Part shown: positions 46,928 through 57,114 of the stretch, piece after piece
How the letters are laid out: every line of letters starts with the position of its first letter
How positions within the stretch are numbered: position 1 is the first letter of the stretch
Assembly (NCBI GenBank): GCA_016933115.1
Contig: JAFGBL010000074.1
Span: 3,684 to 67,683 of the forward strand
DNA: 64,000 bases
Reading direction: 5' to 3'
Source of the DNA: Bacteroidales bacterium
GTDB lineage: Bacteria > Bacteroidota > Bacteroidia > Bacteroidales > JAADJA01
Notes under the pieces: generated by a model
Seen by the model: only the letters and a program-made list of their open reading frames with translations
Told to the model about the DNA's origin: nothing
The model's database searches: none
Program-made: the position numbers and the translations under genes

Positions 46928-47182
46928 TTATTTAATTAGCCGGTCATATTCAGCGTGTGATCCTATCCAAAACCATAAAACTCCCTCATTGACGTTAACC
47001 CCCAAAGCCCTGTATTTTTTCCCTATCCTGACTGACCAATATTTCCCAACCTTCTTCAAATGAAGTGAGGGATGATTTTCATTACTTTTTAATTTGTTAA
47101 ATGAATGGACGGCAAGCAATTGCAGATTTTTTGGAAGTTTTTCATACAATTCCCAAAAGGAAGGGCTGGTAAAATGATTCAT
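46928..47182 (-). CDS. type II toxin, RelE/ParE superfamily
   Basis: 84 aa. The segment ..LHLKKVGKYWSVRIGKKYRALGVNVNEGVLWFWIGSHAEYDRL fits the ParE/RelE-like small toxin pattern. Its start overlaps the upstream gene's stop (ATGA). Confidence 0.6.
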   Translation of the reverse strand: MNHFTSPSFWELYEKLPKNLQLLAVHSFNKLKSNENHPSLHLKKVGKYWSVRIGKKYRALGVNVNEGVLWFWIGSHAEYDRLIK

Positions 47183-47379
47183 AACTTTTTGAAATTACCT
47201 TTCTTGTAATCCCGTAAAGCTTCATTGGCTATATGATCCAGTGAGCCATTTTCCGCATCTTTTTCAAATTGTAAATCCCACTGATCAGCATCAAATTTCT
47301 CGTACCAGGCACGAAATTTTTCAAGTTCTTCCAATGGGAGATTTGAGATCGCTTTTTCAATGTCTTTCACATTTGTCAT
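47179..47379 (-). CDS. putative cognate antitoxin
   Basis: 66 aa, acidic and helical (..LPLEELEKFRAWYEKFDADQWD..). It is translationally coupled to the toxin gene. Confidence 0.5.
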   Translation of the reverse strand: MTNVKDIEKAISNLPLEELEKFRAWYEKFDADQWDLQFEKDAENGSLDHIANEALRDYKKGNFKKL

Positions 47380-47480
47380 AGGAGAAAAGATTAATCATGA
47401 ACCATTTGAACAAAATTAATATTTTTTAATTAGCTTTGTAATTATTCTCTAATTGATTTGGCTTCAGTTACTTCAATAAA

Positions 47481-47867
47481 ATGAATAATATGAAAAGAAA
47501 ATTCAGCGTAACAATAATCATCTTCTTTTCCGCATTCATGCTGAATGTTTCTGCCATGGCTTTTCAGCAGCGTTACGACCGGCGGGAGGATGATGAGGAT
47601 TTTGATCCTTTTGTGATCGAAATGACCGATTTAAACGTATTTAAATATTTGAAGAATACCTGGTATTTCGATTTCCCAATTGAAAAGTCGATTGCTAAAA
47701 TTGAAAATGGATTTTATCTGGACAAAGCCGGATTTGGCAATCAATATTTTGTCTCATTTCACCCTTTCAAAACATGTCAGCTTAAATTTGTGTTTGTGGA
47801 GTATTTGGGATTTTTCGAACAGAAAATTCCAGGCAAAACATACTATCTGCAATTGAAATCCGGTTAA
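47481..47867 (+). CDS. hypothetical secreted protein
   Basis: 128 aa. It has an N-terminal signal-like segment (FSVTIIIFFSAFMLNVSAMA) and no motif I recognise. Confidence 0.35.
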   Translation: MNNMKRKFSVTIIIFFSAFMLNVSAMAFQQRYDRREDDEDFDPFVIEMTDLNVFKYLKNTWYFDFPIEKSIAKIENGFYLDKAGFGNQYFVSFHPFKTCQLKFVFVEYLGFFEQKIPGKTYYLQLKSG

Positions 47868-47882
47868 AGCCGGATTTTTTCT
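47857..47882 (+). terminator. rho-independent terminator
   Basis: AATCCGG / CCGGATT hairpin spanning the stop codon, followed by a T-run at 47875-47880. Confidence 0.6.
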
Positions 47883-47930
47883 TACACAATATTCGATCAA
47901 AAAGGATACATTCGTCAAAAATTTCAATTG

Positions 47931-49535
47931 ATGAAAACGAGGTTATCAGTATTTGTTATCATTTTCGGAATTGCGCTTGGTTCCCAGGCCTCTCATATTT
48001 ATGTAAACGGCACTGTAAGCGGTCCCTGGAATGTCGACACCGTTTTTGTATCGGGTGACCTGAATGTTGAAAATGGAAATTTCTTAACCATAAACAATGG
48101 AGTACTTGTGTTGTTTACCGGTCATTACCAAATCAGGGTTGATGGACAAATACTGGCAATTGGGCAAGTGCAGGATTCCATTGTCTTTACTGTTACTGAT
48201 ACAACAGGTTTTTACAATTACGAAACAGGAGACGGTAGCTGGAACGGTTTCTGGTTCGACCATGTCGCACCTGTCAATGATTCCTCGATATTTGAATACT
48301 GCAAATTTGAATTTGGAAAGGCATCACTCAATCCTGATTCCACGAAATGGTACGGAGGGGCTATTTGCGCCAGGCAGTTTGACAGGATGCGGATTTCCAA
48401 TTGCCGGTTTACCAACAACAGGGCTTATAAAAACGGTGGTGCCGTATATGCCCTAAATACAGATTTGATGGTAAAAAATTGCAATTTTGAACAGAATTAT
48501 TGCGGACAGGCGACACTTTATGGCTACGGAGGCGGATTGTGCCTGGAATATTCAGATGCTGAAATTTTAGGGAACACTTTTCTTCAAAACAGCAGCACCG
48601 GCGTTGGAGGGGGCCTTTCATTCGAATATTCCGATCCACGGATCTCAGGCAATGGATTTTATGATAATTACAGCGCTATCGGCGGTGGTTTGGTGTGCTT
48701 ACGTTCAGCCGGGAACCGATCTTTTGTCAATAACCTTTTCATCGGGAATGAAGCTTACTTTTTTGGAGGAGGAGTTGCCGTACTTGAGACGACTATATTA
48801 TTTGCAAATAATACCATTTCACAAAATTATTCAGGCGCAGGTGGAGGCTTGTATTTTAATGCCAATTCATTTTCGGTCTTTAAGAACAACATCGTTTGGG
48901 GTAACCAGGATTATGGAGGTGGAGGTCCACAGGTTTACATCTGGGATACATTTTCGGCCCCTGAGTTTTACTATTGCGACATACAGGGTGGGCCGGATCA
49001 ATTCGGAGGAACCGGAGGCGGAGCCGGATTTACCGGGATTTATGAGGACTGTTTGGAAGATGATCCTGAATTTATGGGAACAGGGGCGCATCCTTTCAGC
49101 CTGGAAGAAACTTCTATATGTGTAAATTCGGGAACACCTGATACTACCGGCCTTTCATTACCCGATTTGGATTTTGCCGGAAATGCCAGGCTCAGGAATA
49201 ACCGTATAGATATCGGTGCCTACGAAACCCAGATAACAACCAGGTTGATTGAAAGAAATGTCGGCTATTTCAATATTGTTGTTTCCCCAAATCCTGTTGA
49301 AGAAAATTCAATTATTCAATTGGATGTCATTGAATCGGGTCACATTTCATTTGAACTGCTCAATTTAACCGGGAAAATGATATCAGGAACAATGAAAAGG
49401 TTCTTTTTACCTGGAAGAAATTCAATTCCTGTGCGGGATTTAATTCTACAGGAGTATAATCCAGGTTATTATTTCCTGAAGGTTTGGGATTCGAACCATA
49501 CTGAAACTGTAAAAATTTTATGCTTTGATCATTAA
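47931..49535 (+). CDS. right-handed parallel beta-helix (choice-of-anchor Q-like) protein with T9SS type A C-terminal domain
   Basis: Has a signal peptide and repeated beta-helix rungs of type N-x-F-x-x-N-x-x-x-x-GGG[LV]. DFAGNARLRNNRIDIGAYE is a choice-of-anchor Q-type motif. The tail VVSPNPVEENSIIQL...GYYFLKVWDSNHTETVKILCF is a type A CTD. Confidence 0.7.
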   Translation: MKTRLSVFVIIFGIALGSQASHIYVNGTVSGPWNVDTVFVSGDLNVENGNFLTINNGVLVLFTGHYQIRVDGQILAIGQVQDSIVFTVTDTTGFYNYETGDGSWNGFWFDHVAPVNDSSIFEYCKFEFGKASLNPDSTKWYGGAICARQFDRMRISNCRFTNNRAYKNGGAVYALNTDLMVKNCNFEQNYCGQATLYGYGGGLCLEYSDAEILGNTFLQNSSTGVGGGLSFEYSDPRISGNGFYDNYSAIGGGLVCLRSAGNRSFVNNLFIGNEAYFFGGGVAVLETTILFANNTISQNYSGAGGGLYFNANSFSVFKNNIVWGNQDYGGGGPQVYIWDTFSAPEFYYCDIQGGPDQFGGTGGGAGFTGIYEDCLEDDPEFMGTGAHPFSLEETSICVNSGTPDTTGLSLPDLDFAGNARLRNNRIDIGAYETQITTRLIERNVGYFNIVVSPNPVEENSIIQLDVIESGHISFELLNLTGKMISGTMKRFFLPGRNSIPVRDLILQEYNPGYYFLKVWDSNHTETVKILCFDH

Positions 49536-50518
49536 TTGGTTTTTTCTAAAGCCTCTTCAACCAGGATTCCGAACAATTCGGTAAGGCTCATCCCATAACT
49601 TTTGGCCATTTTGGGTACAATGCTGGTCTCGGTAAGGCCCGGCACCGTATTGACTTCCAGGAAAAACATTCCATCATCATTGTAAATGTAATCGAACCTC
49701 ACAACACCCCGGCAATTGAGTTTTTTATATAAATCAACCGAAGTCTCCTGGCAATTTTTAAATATCGTTTCAGGTATCTGAGCCGGGACAATTTCATCGG
49801 CCAGTTTGGGGTCGTATTTTGCTTCGAAGTCGAAAAATTCTTTTTTGGAAATTATCTCTGTGATCGGCAAAGCAACAACTTCATTTTTACTTTTTAAAAC
49901 CCCACAGGTGATCTCACGGCCCTTGATAAATTCTTCCACCAGGATTTCATCATCCTCCTTCAATGCCCTTTCAATGGCTTCCTGAAGATGCTCTGCCTGG
50001 TTTACTTTGGTCATTCCAACACTTGAGCCACCGTTATTGGGTTTGACAAACAAGGGAAGATTAAGGTTTTGAAGGATTTTTTGAGGTTCGGGATGATCTG
50101 CCTTGTTCATCATCATAGATCTGGCAGTTTTAACACCCATATTCTGAACCACATGTTTGCAGAGGTTTTTATTAAAAGTAAGTGCGGAAACCACATGGTC
50201 GCAAGTGGTATAAGGAATTTTCATCATTTCGAGATAGCCCTGCAGTTTGCCGTCTTCACCGGGTGTGCCGTGTATGGCGATAAAAACGCAATCGAAACTA
50301 ATGATTTCCCCCATCATTTTGATGGAAAAATCATTTTTATCCACCGGGTAAACGTTGAGGTGGTCGCATTCGTAGTGCCAGGTGGTTCCCTGCATTAAAA
50401 TCGGGTAAACTTTGTATTCATTGGGATCCAGAAATTTATTCACAACCTGTCCGCTCTGGACAGAAATTCCGTATTCACCCGAATCACCGCCGTAAACAAC
50501 TGCAATCTTTTTTCGCAT
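49532..50518 (-). CDS. ddl: D-alanine--D-alanine ligase
   Basis: The start is reset to ATG 50518 (MRKKIAVVYGGDSGEYGISV). Has HGTPGEDGKLQGYLEMMKIPYT, an ATP-grasp core and a C-terminal ..EVNTVPGLTETS... Confidence 0.9.
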   Translation of the reverse strand: MRKKIAVVYGGDSGEYGISVQSGQVVNKFLDPNEYKVYPILMQGTTWHYECDHLNVYPVDKNDFSIKMMGEIISFDCVFIAIHGTPGEDGKLQGYLEMMKIPYTTCDHVVSALTFNKNLCKHVVQNMGVKTARSMMMNKADHPEPQKILQNLNLPLFVKPNNGGSSVGMTKVNQAEHLQEAIERALKEDDEILVEEFIKGREITCGVLKSKNEVVALPITEIISKKEFFDFEAKYDPKLADEIVPAQIPETIFKNCQETSVDLYKKLNCRGVVRFDYIYNDDGMFFLEVNTVPGLTETSIVPKMAKSYGMSLTELFGILVEEALEKTN

Positions 50519-50714
50519 AGGAATTATTTTGAACAAAAGTAATAATGTTTGTATTTCATATACCTGCATCCTGAAATTATTAAAACCTTGTGATAACTTT
50601 ATTGGCAGAACCACTATCTTTGAACTTTTCATTTTATCTTTGCCGAATAAAGCAATAATTAAGGTAATATTCAGTTATTAAAATATTTAAAATCAGGAGC
50701 AGTAACCAGGGTGT

Positions 50715-51587
50715 ATGCAGGATTCATCTGAAAAAAAGATCAATTTATTTCGTTTTATTTTTAGTAAAAAGTTTCTGTTTAATTTCGTTCTTACCGTCGT
50801 GATTTTGGGCATTCTTTTTTTTGCTTTAGTCCAGTTGTTGAAGGTTTATACCCATCATGGAAAGGAATATATTGTACCCAATTTTTTGGGAATGACGATG
50901 AGCGAAGTGGATTCAATGGATTATACCCCGATTTATGATTTTTTTGTGATCGATTCGCTGTACGATGAAAATAATAAAAAGGGGGCCATTGTCATGCAGG
51001 AGCCGGTTCCGGGATCAAAAGTGAAAAAAGGCCGGAATATATACGTTACAATTGTAGCCTCCATGCCCGAAACTGTGATCATGCCCGACTTGAGGGATTT
51101 GACTTTGAGGCAGGCCATCAATATCCTGGAATCGAACAAGTTGAAAGCCGGGAAACTGATTTATGAACCCAGTTTTGATAAAAATGCCGTTTTGGAGCAA
51201 TTATTTCATGGTGATACAATTGCTCCGGGTGATTCTCTGGTCAAAGGTTCCTTGATCGATTTGGTCATCGGTTCAGGTGACAGGAAATATAAAATACCCA
51301 TCCCGTTCCTGATAGGCAAAACCCGTGAGGAGGCAATTTATGACCTGAATATTGCGTCTTTTAACCTGGGTAATGAATTTTATATGGATAGTATAACTGA
51401 CGAACATGCCAGGGTATTTATGCAGGACCCGATATGGGATTCCGATTTGCCTTATTATCCCGGAGATTCCATACATTTATGGTTTAAATCGGATGAGCTG
51501 TTTGATTTTGATGCGTATCTGCAAACATTTTTACCCGATTCATTGCGAACAGATAGCTTATCCAATGACTCGCTAATGAATTTTTAA
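50715..51587 (+). CDS. PASTA domain-containing protein
   Basis: 290 aa. It has an N-terminal TM helix followed by three PASTA-like units of about 65 aa (VPNFLGMTMSEV.., MPDLRDLTLRQA.., IPFLIGKTREEA..). Confidence 0.75.
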   Translation: MQDSSEKKINLFRFIFSKKFLFNFVLTVVILGILFFALVQLLKVYTHHGKEYIVPNFLGMTMSEVDSMDYTPIYDFFVIDSLYDENNKKGAIVMQEPVPGSKVKKGRNIYVTIVASMPETVIMPDLRDLTLRQAINILESNKLKAGKLIYEPSFDKNAVLEQLFHGDTIAPGDSLVKGSLIDLVIGSGDRKYKIPIPFLIGKTREEAIYDLNIASFNLGNEFYMDSITDEHARVFMQDPIWDSDLPYYPGDSIHLWFKSDELFDFDAYLQTFLPDSLRTDSLSNDSLMNF

Positions 51588-51590
51588 TAC

Positions 51591-53717
51591 ATGATGAAGT
51601 ACTTTTACATACTCATTTTAATTATTGTTTCAACCGTTATCAATGGGCAGGAGTACCTTTCAGGTTTGATTTCCAATCCGGATATCAAATCTCATTTGCA
51701 GGATAAAGGCTCAAATTTTTATAAATCGAAAATAATTTATATCCAACCGCTTGACCTTCCGTTTTATGATGATTTTTCATCTGATGATATTTATCCTGAT
51801 ACAGCATTGTGGTTGGATAACGAGGCTTATATCAACAATCATTTTCCGGTATATCCTATCAATAAAGGTGTAGCTACTATGGATGTGATCGATGCCAATG
51901 GCAATTTGTACCCGGAGGCAAGCCCTTTCCAGTTTATTGCCGACCACCTCACCAGTAAGCCCATCCGGTTGGATTCAATCTATGACGATAACATCTCAGG
52001 TTACAGGAAAATGGAACCTGCAGATTCGGTATATTTCAGTTTTTATTACCAGCCACAGGGCAGGGGAGATATTCCATTGGCTCATGATTCACTGGTATTG
52101 CAATTTGGACTTTATAACGGCGATAGTTCCTATGTTTATACCGATTCCAACTTAATTCCGCTGGATGAAGTGCTTCAACCGGGTGAAGTTATTCTCCCCG
52201 GTGATACATTATATTATCCTTCCCTTGGATGCGACTTTGAATATACAATAATTTTTGACACCCTTTATCCTACTGATACTGCTATCGTTCCCTGTGATTC
52301 GGTTTTTGGAGCCGTGACAGAATGGGTTTCGGTATGGCATGCAGAAGGTGACACACTGGATGTTTTTGTCGATGAAAATGATGTGTTTTTTAAGCGTATG
52401 GTAATCCCGATAACAGATACCAGCTGGCTCAGCAGCGACTTCCAGTTCAGGTTTATAAACTATGCCAGCACATCCAATATCAATAGCTGGATGAGCAATA
52501 CCGATCACTGGCACATTGATATGGTATCCCTTGCTGCCAACAGGACCTTGGATGATTCTTATTCCGACAATGTATATTTTGCCGATAATCCACAAAGTTT
52601 TATACAGGATTATTATACCATGCCGGCAAGGCAGTATTTTTATGGGTTCAAAAAAGATTCGGTAACGGTATTTGCCCATAACCTCGATTCGCTCGAACAC
52701 AATTATACTTATTATTATGCTGTTCAGGACGAAAATGGCGATACGATGCCAGCTTTCGGGGGAAATGAAGTGCAGGGAAATTTATTCCCGTTATTTCAGC
52801 AAAATGCCAACAATTTTCAACCATTTGTCAAATCAAAGGTGAAATATCATTTTGATATCCCCCCCGTTGACAGTACTTTTTACAGGATCAGCCACGTGAT
52901 CTATAACAACGATGAACCGGAAGCGGCAGATACGACCATTTTTATACAGGATTTCAATAACTATTTTGCATATGATGATGGTTCGGCTGAGGCCGGTTAT
53001 GGCTTGTCACCGGCAGGATCGATGATGGCTCTGAAATTTGAAACCGAAGAAGCGGATACCCTGCGAGGTGTTCGGATTTATTTCAACAAAACGATCAATA
53101 ATAACAACGACAGGTTATTTACTATTGGACTATGGTTCGACAACGACGGGGTTCCGGGTAATAAAGAATATGAACTGAAAAACCAACGGCCGCATTTCTA
53201 CGCGATCAATCAGTTTCATACCTATGTTTTTCCTGATACAATCATCAAACTCGGGAGGCAGGTTTTTTATATCGGGATCATACAAACTACCAATGATAAC
53301 CTGAATGTAGGTTTTGACAGAAATACCGATTCTCATGATAAGTTATTCCAAAATACCCTTGATGGCTGGGTAAATTCGGAATTTACCGGTTCATTGATGA
53401 TCAGGCCGCTTTTGGGCAGGGCGTTGGTTCCTGGTACATTTCCGGAGAAATCCGTTCAAAGTGTTTTTAAGCTTTATCCCAACCCGCCGGGTTCGGATGG
53501 AAATGTTAGGATTGATCTTCCGGCAGAGTGCTCTGATGAAGCATACAGGAAATATCTTTCCATCAGGATTTATGATCTGTATGGAAGATTGTTGCGTCAG
53601 TTACCATACACAGAAGAAATTTCAACCAATTTTCTAAAAAGAGGGTTATATATTTTCAATTTATTGGACGGGGCCAATTCTAAGAGTTATTCAACAAAAT
53701 TGTATATTGCCAGATAA
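51591..53717 (+). CDS. hypothetical protein with T9SS type A C-terminal domain
   Basis: 708 aa with a signal peptide. The tail FKLYPNPPGSDGNVRIDLP...GLYIFNLLDGANSKSYSTKLYIAR is a type A CTD. I do not recognise the body. Confidence 0.6.
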   Translation: MMKYFYILILIIVSTVINGQEYLSGLISNPDIKSHLQDKGSNFYKSKIIYIQPLDLPFYDDFSSDDIYPDTALWLDNEAYINNHFPVYPINKGVATMDVIDANGNLYPEASPFQFIADHLTSKPIRLDSIYDDNISGYRKMEPADSVYFSFYYQPQGRGDIPLAHDSLVLQFGLYNGDSSYVYTDSNLIPLDEVLQPGEVILPGDTLYYPSLGCDFEYTIIFDTLYPTDTAIVPCDSVFGAVTEWVSVWHAEGDTLDVFVDENDVFFKRMVIPITDTSWLSSDFQFRFINYASTSNINSWMSNTDHWHIDMVSLAANRTLDDSYSDNVYFADNPQSFIQDYYTMPARQYFYGFKKDSVTVFAHNLDSLEHNYTYYYAVQDENGDTMPAFGGNEVQGNLFPLFQQNANNFQPFVKSKVKYHFDIPPVDSTFYRISHVIYNNDEPEAADTTIFIQDFNNYFAYDDGSAEAGYGLSPAGSMMALKFETEEADTLRGVRIYFNKTINNNNDRLFTIGLWFDNDGVPGNKEYELKNQRPHFYAINQFHTYVFPDTIIKLGRQVFYIGIIQTTNDNLNVGFDRNTDSHDKLFQNTLDGWVNSEFTGSLMIRPLLGRALVPGTFPEKSVQSVFKLYPNPPGSDGNVRIDLPAECSDEAYRKYLSIRIYDLYGRLLRQLPYTEEISTNFLKRGLYIFNLLDGANSKSYSTKLYIAR

Positions 53718-53742
53718 TCTTCGTGAATTAATATTTTATTAG

Positions 53743-54780
53743 ATGGAGTACCAGGAAGAGGACCAGGAATTGTATGAACATTTTCGGTTTGAGGCAGATA
53801 AAGGCCAGGGATTGCTTCGGGTGGACAAATTCCTTATGTCGCGGATTGAAAATGCATCCCGAAATAAAATCCAGCAGGCCGCTGCTGCCGGTAATATTTT
53901 TGTGAATGGGCTCCCGGTAAAACCCTCCTATAAAATCAAACCGCAAGATGTAATAACGGTCATGCTCACATTTCCGGTGCATGAATTCAAACTTATCCCT
54001 GAGGATATTGATTTGGATATCGTTTATGAAGATAATGATCTGATCATCGTTAATAAAAAGCCAGGCATGGTGGTTCATCCGGCCTATGGAAATTACTCGG
54101 GAACACTGGTAAATGCCGTTTTATTCCATATGCAGAATGGGAATGAAGTCAGGAAGTCGGGCCAGGGACCGCTATTGGTGCACCGGATCGATAAAGACAC
54201 CTCCGGTTTGTTGGTGGTTGCCAAGAATGAGGAAGCTCAAATGAGCCTGGGCAAGCAGTTCTTCGATCATTCGATAAAGAGGAGATACGTGGCTTTGGTT
54301 TGGGGAGATGTGAAGCTGGAGTCGGGAACAATTTCCGGTAATATTGGCCGAAGCCCTAACAACCGCAAGGTTTTTATGGTGTATAACGATGAATTGCGCG
54401 GAAAATATGCTGTTACACATTACCGTGTGATTGAACGATTCGGTTATGTAACCCTGGTGGAATGCGAGCTGGAAACCGGAAGAACACACCAGATCAGGGT
54501 TCACCTCAAACATATCGGGCATACGCTTTTCAATGATGAAACCTATGGCGGCAATGATATACTGAAAGGGACAACATTTAGTAAATACAAACAGTTTGTC
54601 AACAATTGTTTCAAGATTTGTCCCCGCCAGGCTTTACATGCAAAAATTTTGGGTTTCGACCATCCCGTCACAGGAGAAGAATTATACTTCGAATCTGATC
54701 TACCCCAAGATATGCTCGAATTGGTTGAGAAGTGGAGGAACTATGCCATCCATAAATCATCGGATGAATATACCGATTAA
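53743..54780 (+). CDS. rluD: RluA family 23S rRNA pseudouridine synthase (RluD-like)
   Basis: Has an S4-like N-terminus (LRVDKFL..SR..IQ) and the catalytic motif HRIDKDTSGLLVVAK. Confidence 0.85.
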   Translation: MEYQEEDQELYEHFRFEADKGQGLLRVDKFLMSRIENASRNKIQQAAAAGNIFVNGLPVKPSYKIKPQDVITVMLTFPVHEFKLIPEDIDLDIVYEDNDLIIVNKKPGMVVHPAYGNYSGTLVNAVLFHMQNGNEVRKSGQGPLLVHRIDKDTSGLLVVAKNEEAQMSLGKQFFDHSIKRRYVALVWGDVKLESGTISGNIGRSPNNRKVFMVYNDELRGKYAVTHYRVIERFGYVTLVECELETGRTHQIRVHLKHIGHTLFNDETYGGNDILKGTTFSKYKQFVNNCFKICPRQALHAKILGFDHPVTGEELYFESDLPQDMLELVEKWRNYAIHKSSDEYTD

Positions 54781-55409
54781 AATCGCAAAGTAAGTTTTAC
54801 TCCTCCTCCGGTATTTTTTCCCAGGTAACCATCAAAAAAGGCGGGTTCAGCCCTGAGAGAAAGGTTGTTATCCACTTCCCAGGTAAATAAATGGGCATCT
54901 ACTGTAGCATCGATCACGTTCAATGCATACCACACACCGGCCAGGATGTAGGAAAGGTCGCGGTTACGCCGGTAATCATTTTTAGCTTGAAGCAGTTGGT
55001 CGGTAGTGTATTGTTCTTCATAATCATTAACAGGCGGCGTTCCGTCCTCTTTTACCGAATGATAATAGGCCTCCCTGAATTTTTTATATTCCTTGTCATT
55101 AAAATCGATGAAATAATAGAAGACCCCAAATCCGGCATACACGATTGGAATTTTCCAGTATTTTTTATTGTAAGCCTGCCCAAGACCAGGCAGAATCAAA
55201 GAATAAATTGTGGCCTTGTGTGGCGAATGGTTTTTATACTGAACCGAATCGGGTTGTTCTTTTTCTGCTTTAACCGGGATTGTGTCTTGCCCGGTCCCTG
55301 TAGTTTGAGCAGATAAACTGCTGAATATGATAAGGCTTGCCATCATCAGGAGGATTCCGAAAAAACGGGAATGATTCAGAAAATACAGAATGTGGGGTTT
55401 TATAAACAC
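54777..55409 (-). CDS. DUF5683 domain-containing protein
   Basis: Has the family motif ..SLILPGLGQAYNKKYWKIPIVYAGFG.. and lies next to parB. The true start is possibly internal (MMASLIIFSSLSAQ). Confidence 0.65.
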   Translation of the reverse strand: MFIKPHILYFLNHSRFFGILLMMASLIIFSSLSAQTTGTGQDTIPVKAEKEQPDSVQYKNHSPHKATIYSLILPGLGQAYNKKYWKIPIVYAGFGVFYYFIDFNDKEYKKFREAYYHSVKEDGTPPVNDYEEQYTTDQLLQAKNDYRRNRDLSYILAGVWYALNVIDATVDAHLFTWEVDNNLSLRAEPAFFDGYLGKNTGGGVKLTLRF

Positions 55410-55424
55410 AGACCAAACATGATT

Positions 55425-56309
55425 TTATTCGAGCAATTTGACGATCCGTTCAAAATCACTCTCCGTTTCGAACGGGATAACGATTTTCCCTTTGCCTTTA
55501 TTACCAACCTTTATTTCGACGGATGTTCCCAGGTTAGATGATAATGTTTCCTGTATGGTTGCGTGTTTTTCAGTCAGTAGGAGTGGTGTTTTGCCGTCAA
55601 CTGTTTTTTTGCCTGAATTTAATTCCTTCACCAGTGCTTCGACCTGACGTACAGATAAATTTTTATTTTTTATCTCTTCAAGAATCCGTATTTGCTTGTC
55701 CTCATCGTCAACATTGATGATGGCCCGGGCATGGCCCATCGAAATGATATTGTCGCCGATGGCCAGTTGAATTTGAGGTGGAAGTTTCAATAAACGGATA
55801 TAATTGGTAATGGTAGTGCGGTCTTTTCCGATCCGTTCACTTAATTTTTCACTTGATAAATTACATTCTTCGATCAGTCGCTGGTAGCTGATTGCAATGT
55901 CGAGTGCATTCAGGTCCTCGCGGTGGATATTCTCAATCAGGGCCATCTCCAGCATTTGCTGATCGTTGGCAACCCGGATAAATGCAGGTAATTGTTTCAG
56001 TCCGGCCAGCCGGGCAGCCCGATACCTCCGTTCACCCGAAATAAGCTGGTATTTTTCATAACCCATTTTACGAACCGTAATCGGCTGGATAATGCCCTGT
56101 TCCTTCAGACTCTTTGCAAGTTCCAGCAAAGCCTCTTCTTCAAATTTATTCCTGGGTTGGAATGGATTGGCTTCGATCTTTTCCAGGGGAATATTGGCAA
56201 TCGCTCCGACAACATAGTCACCCGAAATATCACGTGAAGTAATATCGGTTTCCGGGCTTTCAAGTATAGCGCTTAATCCTCTGCCGAGAGCAGACCGTTT
56301 AGTTTTCAT
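55425..56309 (-). CDS. parB: ParB/Spo0J family chromosome partitioning protein
   Basis: Has the ParB box ..GIIQPITVR...YQLISGERRYRAA.. and an HTH segment. Confidence 0.9.
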   Translation of the reverse strand: MKTKRSALGRGLSAILESPETDITSRDISGDYVVGAIANIPLEKIEANPFQPRNKFEEEALLELAKSLKEQGIIQPITVRKMGYEKYQLISGERRYRAARLAGLKQLPAFIRVANDQQMLEMALIENIHREDLNALDIAISYQRLIEECNLSSEKLSERIGKDRTTITNYIRLLKLPPQIQLAIGDNIISMGHARAIINVDDEDKQIRILEEIKNKNLSVRQVEALVKELNSGKKTVDGKTPLLLTEKHATIQETLSSNLGTSVEIKVGNKGKGKIVIPFETESDFERIVKLLE

Positions 56310-57114
56310 TTACAATAGGGATTTGTTTATCAGATTCGTCTAAATTGGTCATTCCGTATTTTTGCAATATTTCCCTGGCCAGGTTCAGGTAATTGACGGC
56401 ACCGGTGCTGTCTGCATCGTGCATGATGATGGTTTCACCGAAGCTGGGTGCTTCGCTGAGCCGTGTATTCCTGTGGATGATGGTTTTGAATACCATTTGC
56501 TGAAAATGGGTCTTTACCTCTTCAACTACCTGTTTGGCCAACCGCAGTCTTTGATCGTACATGGTGAGTAGAATGCCTTCAATGTCCAGGTCGGGGTTCA
56601 GCCTTGACTGAACTATTTTAATTGTATTTAACAATTTTCCCAATCCTTCCAGGGCAAAATATTCGCATTGAACAGGGATGATCACCGAATCGGCTGCCGT
56701 GAGTGCATTCACAGTGATCAACCCCAAAGACGGGGAACAATCTATGATTATGAATTCGTAATTGTCACGTATTTTTGAAATCACCTTGCGCATCATCTTT
56801 TCCCGGTTGGGCAGATTGATCAGCTCAATTTCAGCACCTACCAGGTCGATGTGGGCCGGCATTAGGTCGAGGTTGGGTGTGGCTGTATTCAGGATCGTTT
56901 TATTGGGTTCGATGTCATCAATGATACATTCGTAAATACTTGTTGTGATGTTACGCGGATCAAATCCTACGCCTGAAGTGGCATTGGCCTGAGGGTCGGC
57001 GTCGATGATAAGTGTTTTGTGCTCCAGAACTGCAAAACTACCGGCCAGGTTGATAGCAGAGGTGGTTTTACCGACTCCTCCTTTTTGATTGGCAAATGCA
57101 ATTACTTTTCCCAT
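56299..57114 (-). CDS. parA: ParA/Soj family ATPase
   Basis: Has the deviant Walker A motif ANQKGGVGKTTSAINL. It overlaps the parB start by 11 nt. Confidence 0.9.
   Translation of the reverse strand: MGKVIAFANQKGGVGKTTSAINLAGSFAVLEHKTLIIDADPQANATSGVGFDPRNITTSIYECIIDDIEPNKTILNTATPNLDLMPAHIDLVGAEIELINLPNREKMMRKVISKIRDNYEFIIIDCSPSLGLITVNALTAADSVIIPVQCEYFALEGLGKLLNTIKIVQSRLNPDLDIEGILLTMYDQRLRLAKQVVEEVKTHFQQMVFKTIIHRNTRLSEAPSFGETIIMHDADSTGAVNYLNLAREILQKYGMTNLDESDKQIPIVNEN

Noticed and set aside
56226-56241. parS-like palindromic core TCACGTGA inside the 5' end of parB.
   Set aside because: Only the central 8 bp match the 16-bp parS consensus and the flanks are mostly mismatched (about 11 of 16). 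This cannot be called parS without ChIP data or conservation.
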